Of a stretch of 64,000 nt of DNA, positions 61,901 to 64,000 are shown piece by piece (the stretch's first letter is position 1; every line of letters starts with the position of its first letter). The DNA is from Podarcis liolepis (lineage: Eukaryota). The position numbers and the translations under genes were made by a program. The DNA lies in the NCBI GenBank assembly GCA_965112155.1, contig OZ218099.1; one strand, 5' to 3'. The notes beneath the pieces are model-generated. The model searched no databases. It was not told the origin of the DNA and was given only the letters and a program-made list of their open reading frames with translations.

Positions 61901-64000
61901 AACAGGAGGAGGGAAAACACCTCAATTTGCAATAGGGATTTGTCAGATTGGGGATTTGCCAGTATACAAACTGCTTCCTCAAAACACAAACACTAAGCAA
62001 GATAAACACCACGGCTTGTGTGTAAAACAACTACAGTTACAGTCTGAATCAAAATGTTCTGTTTAAGATAAACAAAACCTGCTATGTAACCACGATAAGG
62101 ATACATGTAACTCACAGCTAACTATCTCCATTATCAATTTCTGCTAGTATTCCGGCAGATAGAACAATTCCAGGCTACTCATTGGTAGCATACACATTTG
62201 AAAATAAGTATTTTTACTATAAAGAGCAAAAGCAACTGAGTTAGCCCAATATGCTAACCAATATGTCACAAAATAGATTTTTACTATACCTTCTTTAGGG
62301 TGTGGGACAACCATAACATTAATTAAGGTCAAATCTCTGAGTGTCAGACCAAAAACTCCCAAGAAAAAAGGAGGATTGGTGGAACAACAAAAAAATAAAA
62401 ACCCCCAAACATGGAATGTAACACAGAAGGTTAATGTGAATTTCAGATACGTAACATATGAAAAATCTACAAGCTAACTTAAAGCTCCCTAGTTCACAAT
62501 AAATTTACAATGTGTCCCTTTAAACTGAATCTCAAAGCAGGATTGCTTGTCTACAAAGAGACTTCAAGTGCGTAGTACACTAATGTAAAACATTGCTTTG
62601 CACTGTGCACAAGTTGCAAAATGAGCTGTATGACTAGAAGTAATGAGAATTAAAATCCAGGAGTTATTTCTAAGTAAACATGGTAAGAAGCAAGCTACAA
62701 AACATAATTTGGAACTCTTGCACAGCTAAGCTATTCAAGCTCCATTTTCATAGTTTTTAAACCAATGATTATTAGATTTAAACAAGATCTATGTCATACA
62801 ACTTTGTAAAAAACTTATTTCTTGGCAACAGAATTCAAGGTTTCTTTATATGCCTTCACATTATAAAAGGATTTGATTCTACAAGCTGAAACATGAGCTT
62901 AACTTTCCTACTGAAATGAAAATAAGTTTTGATCAAACCACCAATATTTGTAAGCACACTCTTTTTCAGCATCAGGATATAAAGGCATTAAAAGCTGTTG
63001 AGCCTAAATGAAAGCTGGACTAACTACTCATAGCTAAACAGGCTTTTTCAAAGTCTAAGTAAACACCACTGATGAAACCCTGGCAAAGCTCCTAACTGAC
63101 TTCAGTGGGGTGGAATTTCACTCCAGGTCCCTTGGTAAGCAGATCTCAAGATTACCTAAGCACTCATTCTGAAGTTAAACAAGATTAAGATCTCTTATTA
63201 TTTACAATATTCTACAAGTCTGTCCAGTACCACATAAGAGACTTTCAATGTTTTATTGTTTTGCCTATTGCCCTCAATCCACTATGAGTAACAGAAAGAT
63301 GCTAGAAAACTGCTTAAAAGTGATGAAAGGATCAAACAAGGAAATTGCACACAGGCTGAGCTGTTCAAGATGAACATAACTAATCACACACCAGGTTACT
63401 GGACCAGACCTTGATTTTAATTCTAAGTCCATCTACTTGAAATTTTGACTGAAATCACCAAGGCTTGTATCCAATTAAATACATTTGGAATCAAGTTTAT
63501 TGGGGTGGAGGGAGTTAAAGAAAGAAAGAAAGATGAAAATCTCAAATAAACTATTGACAATAAAATCAGCTGTAAATTCCACATAATTACACATTATAAG
63601 TTAATAACTAGTTATTTCACATAAATATAGCATTATCAGTGTGCTGCTTAAAACGGAATCAGTCTTAATATTTGCATATTATTTCAAAAATTCTTTTGCA
63701 GATGGTAACTCAGTGTAGGTGATGTTACACCATTCTCAGACACACCACAGATTGGAATGCTGTGACATGTCACTAACACAGCTAGCTACATCCTGAAATT
63801 AACATTTTAAACAGCATTTTTTTTCCTTGAGGGTGATTTAACTATTTAATGACTTTGAACTTTCCCAAATTTGGGGGGGGGGGGCTTGCTATTTGTGCAT
63901 ATAATGCACTGAAGGAAATCATGACAACAATAACAGATGTAAACACAGAGCAGTCTTATTTCAAACCACGTGTTACCTGACTTCCTATATTCCTAGATTT

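Overview
Vertebrate genomic DNA, most likely a squamate and probably a lacertid lizard. This is inferred from the repeats: BovB, a Sauria-SINE tail, a Squam1/POM-like tRNA SINE, CR1/L2 LINEs and many MITEs. The window holds the conserved RAB40B-WDR45B-FOXK2 block. RAB40B (+) is complete, 6 coding exons, 278 aa. WDR45B/WIPI3 (+) is complete, 10 coding exons, 344 aa. FOXK2 (-) has exons 2-9 here; exon 1 is beyond the right edge. All exons were read by hand, have GT-AG boundaries and splice in frame. Most unusual items: (1) a hAT-type non-autonomous transposon in RAB40B intron 1 whose interior looks like a captured CpG-island 5'UTR plus a polyQ/polyA/polyP-coding gene start (Pack-TIR-like capture); (2) a Tc1/mariner MITE carrying perfect CRE, NRF1 and ETS motifs within 50 bp; (3) a nested repeat stack upstream of WDR45B containing a Penelope-type minimal hammerhead ribozyme core; (4) three forkhead sites in 35 bp inside FOXK2 intron 1; (5) a candidate alternative last-exon acceptor for FOXK2. 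Repeat family names and human comparisons come from recognition, not database searches.
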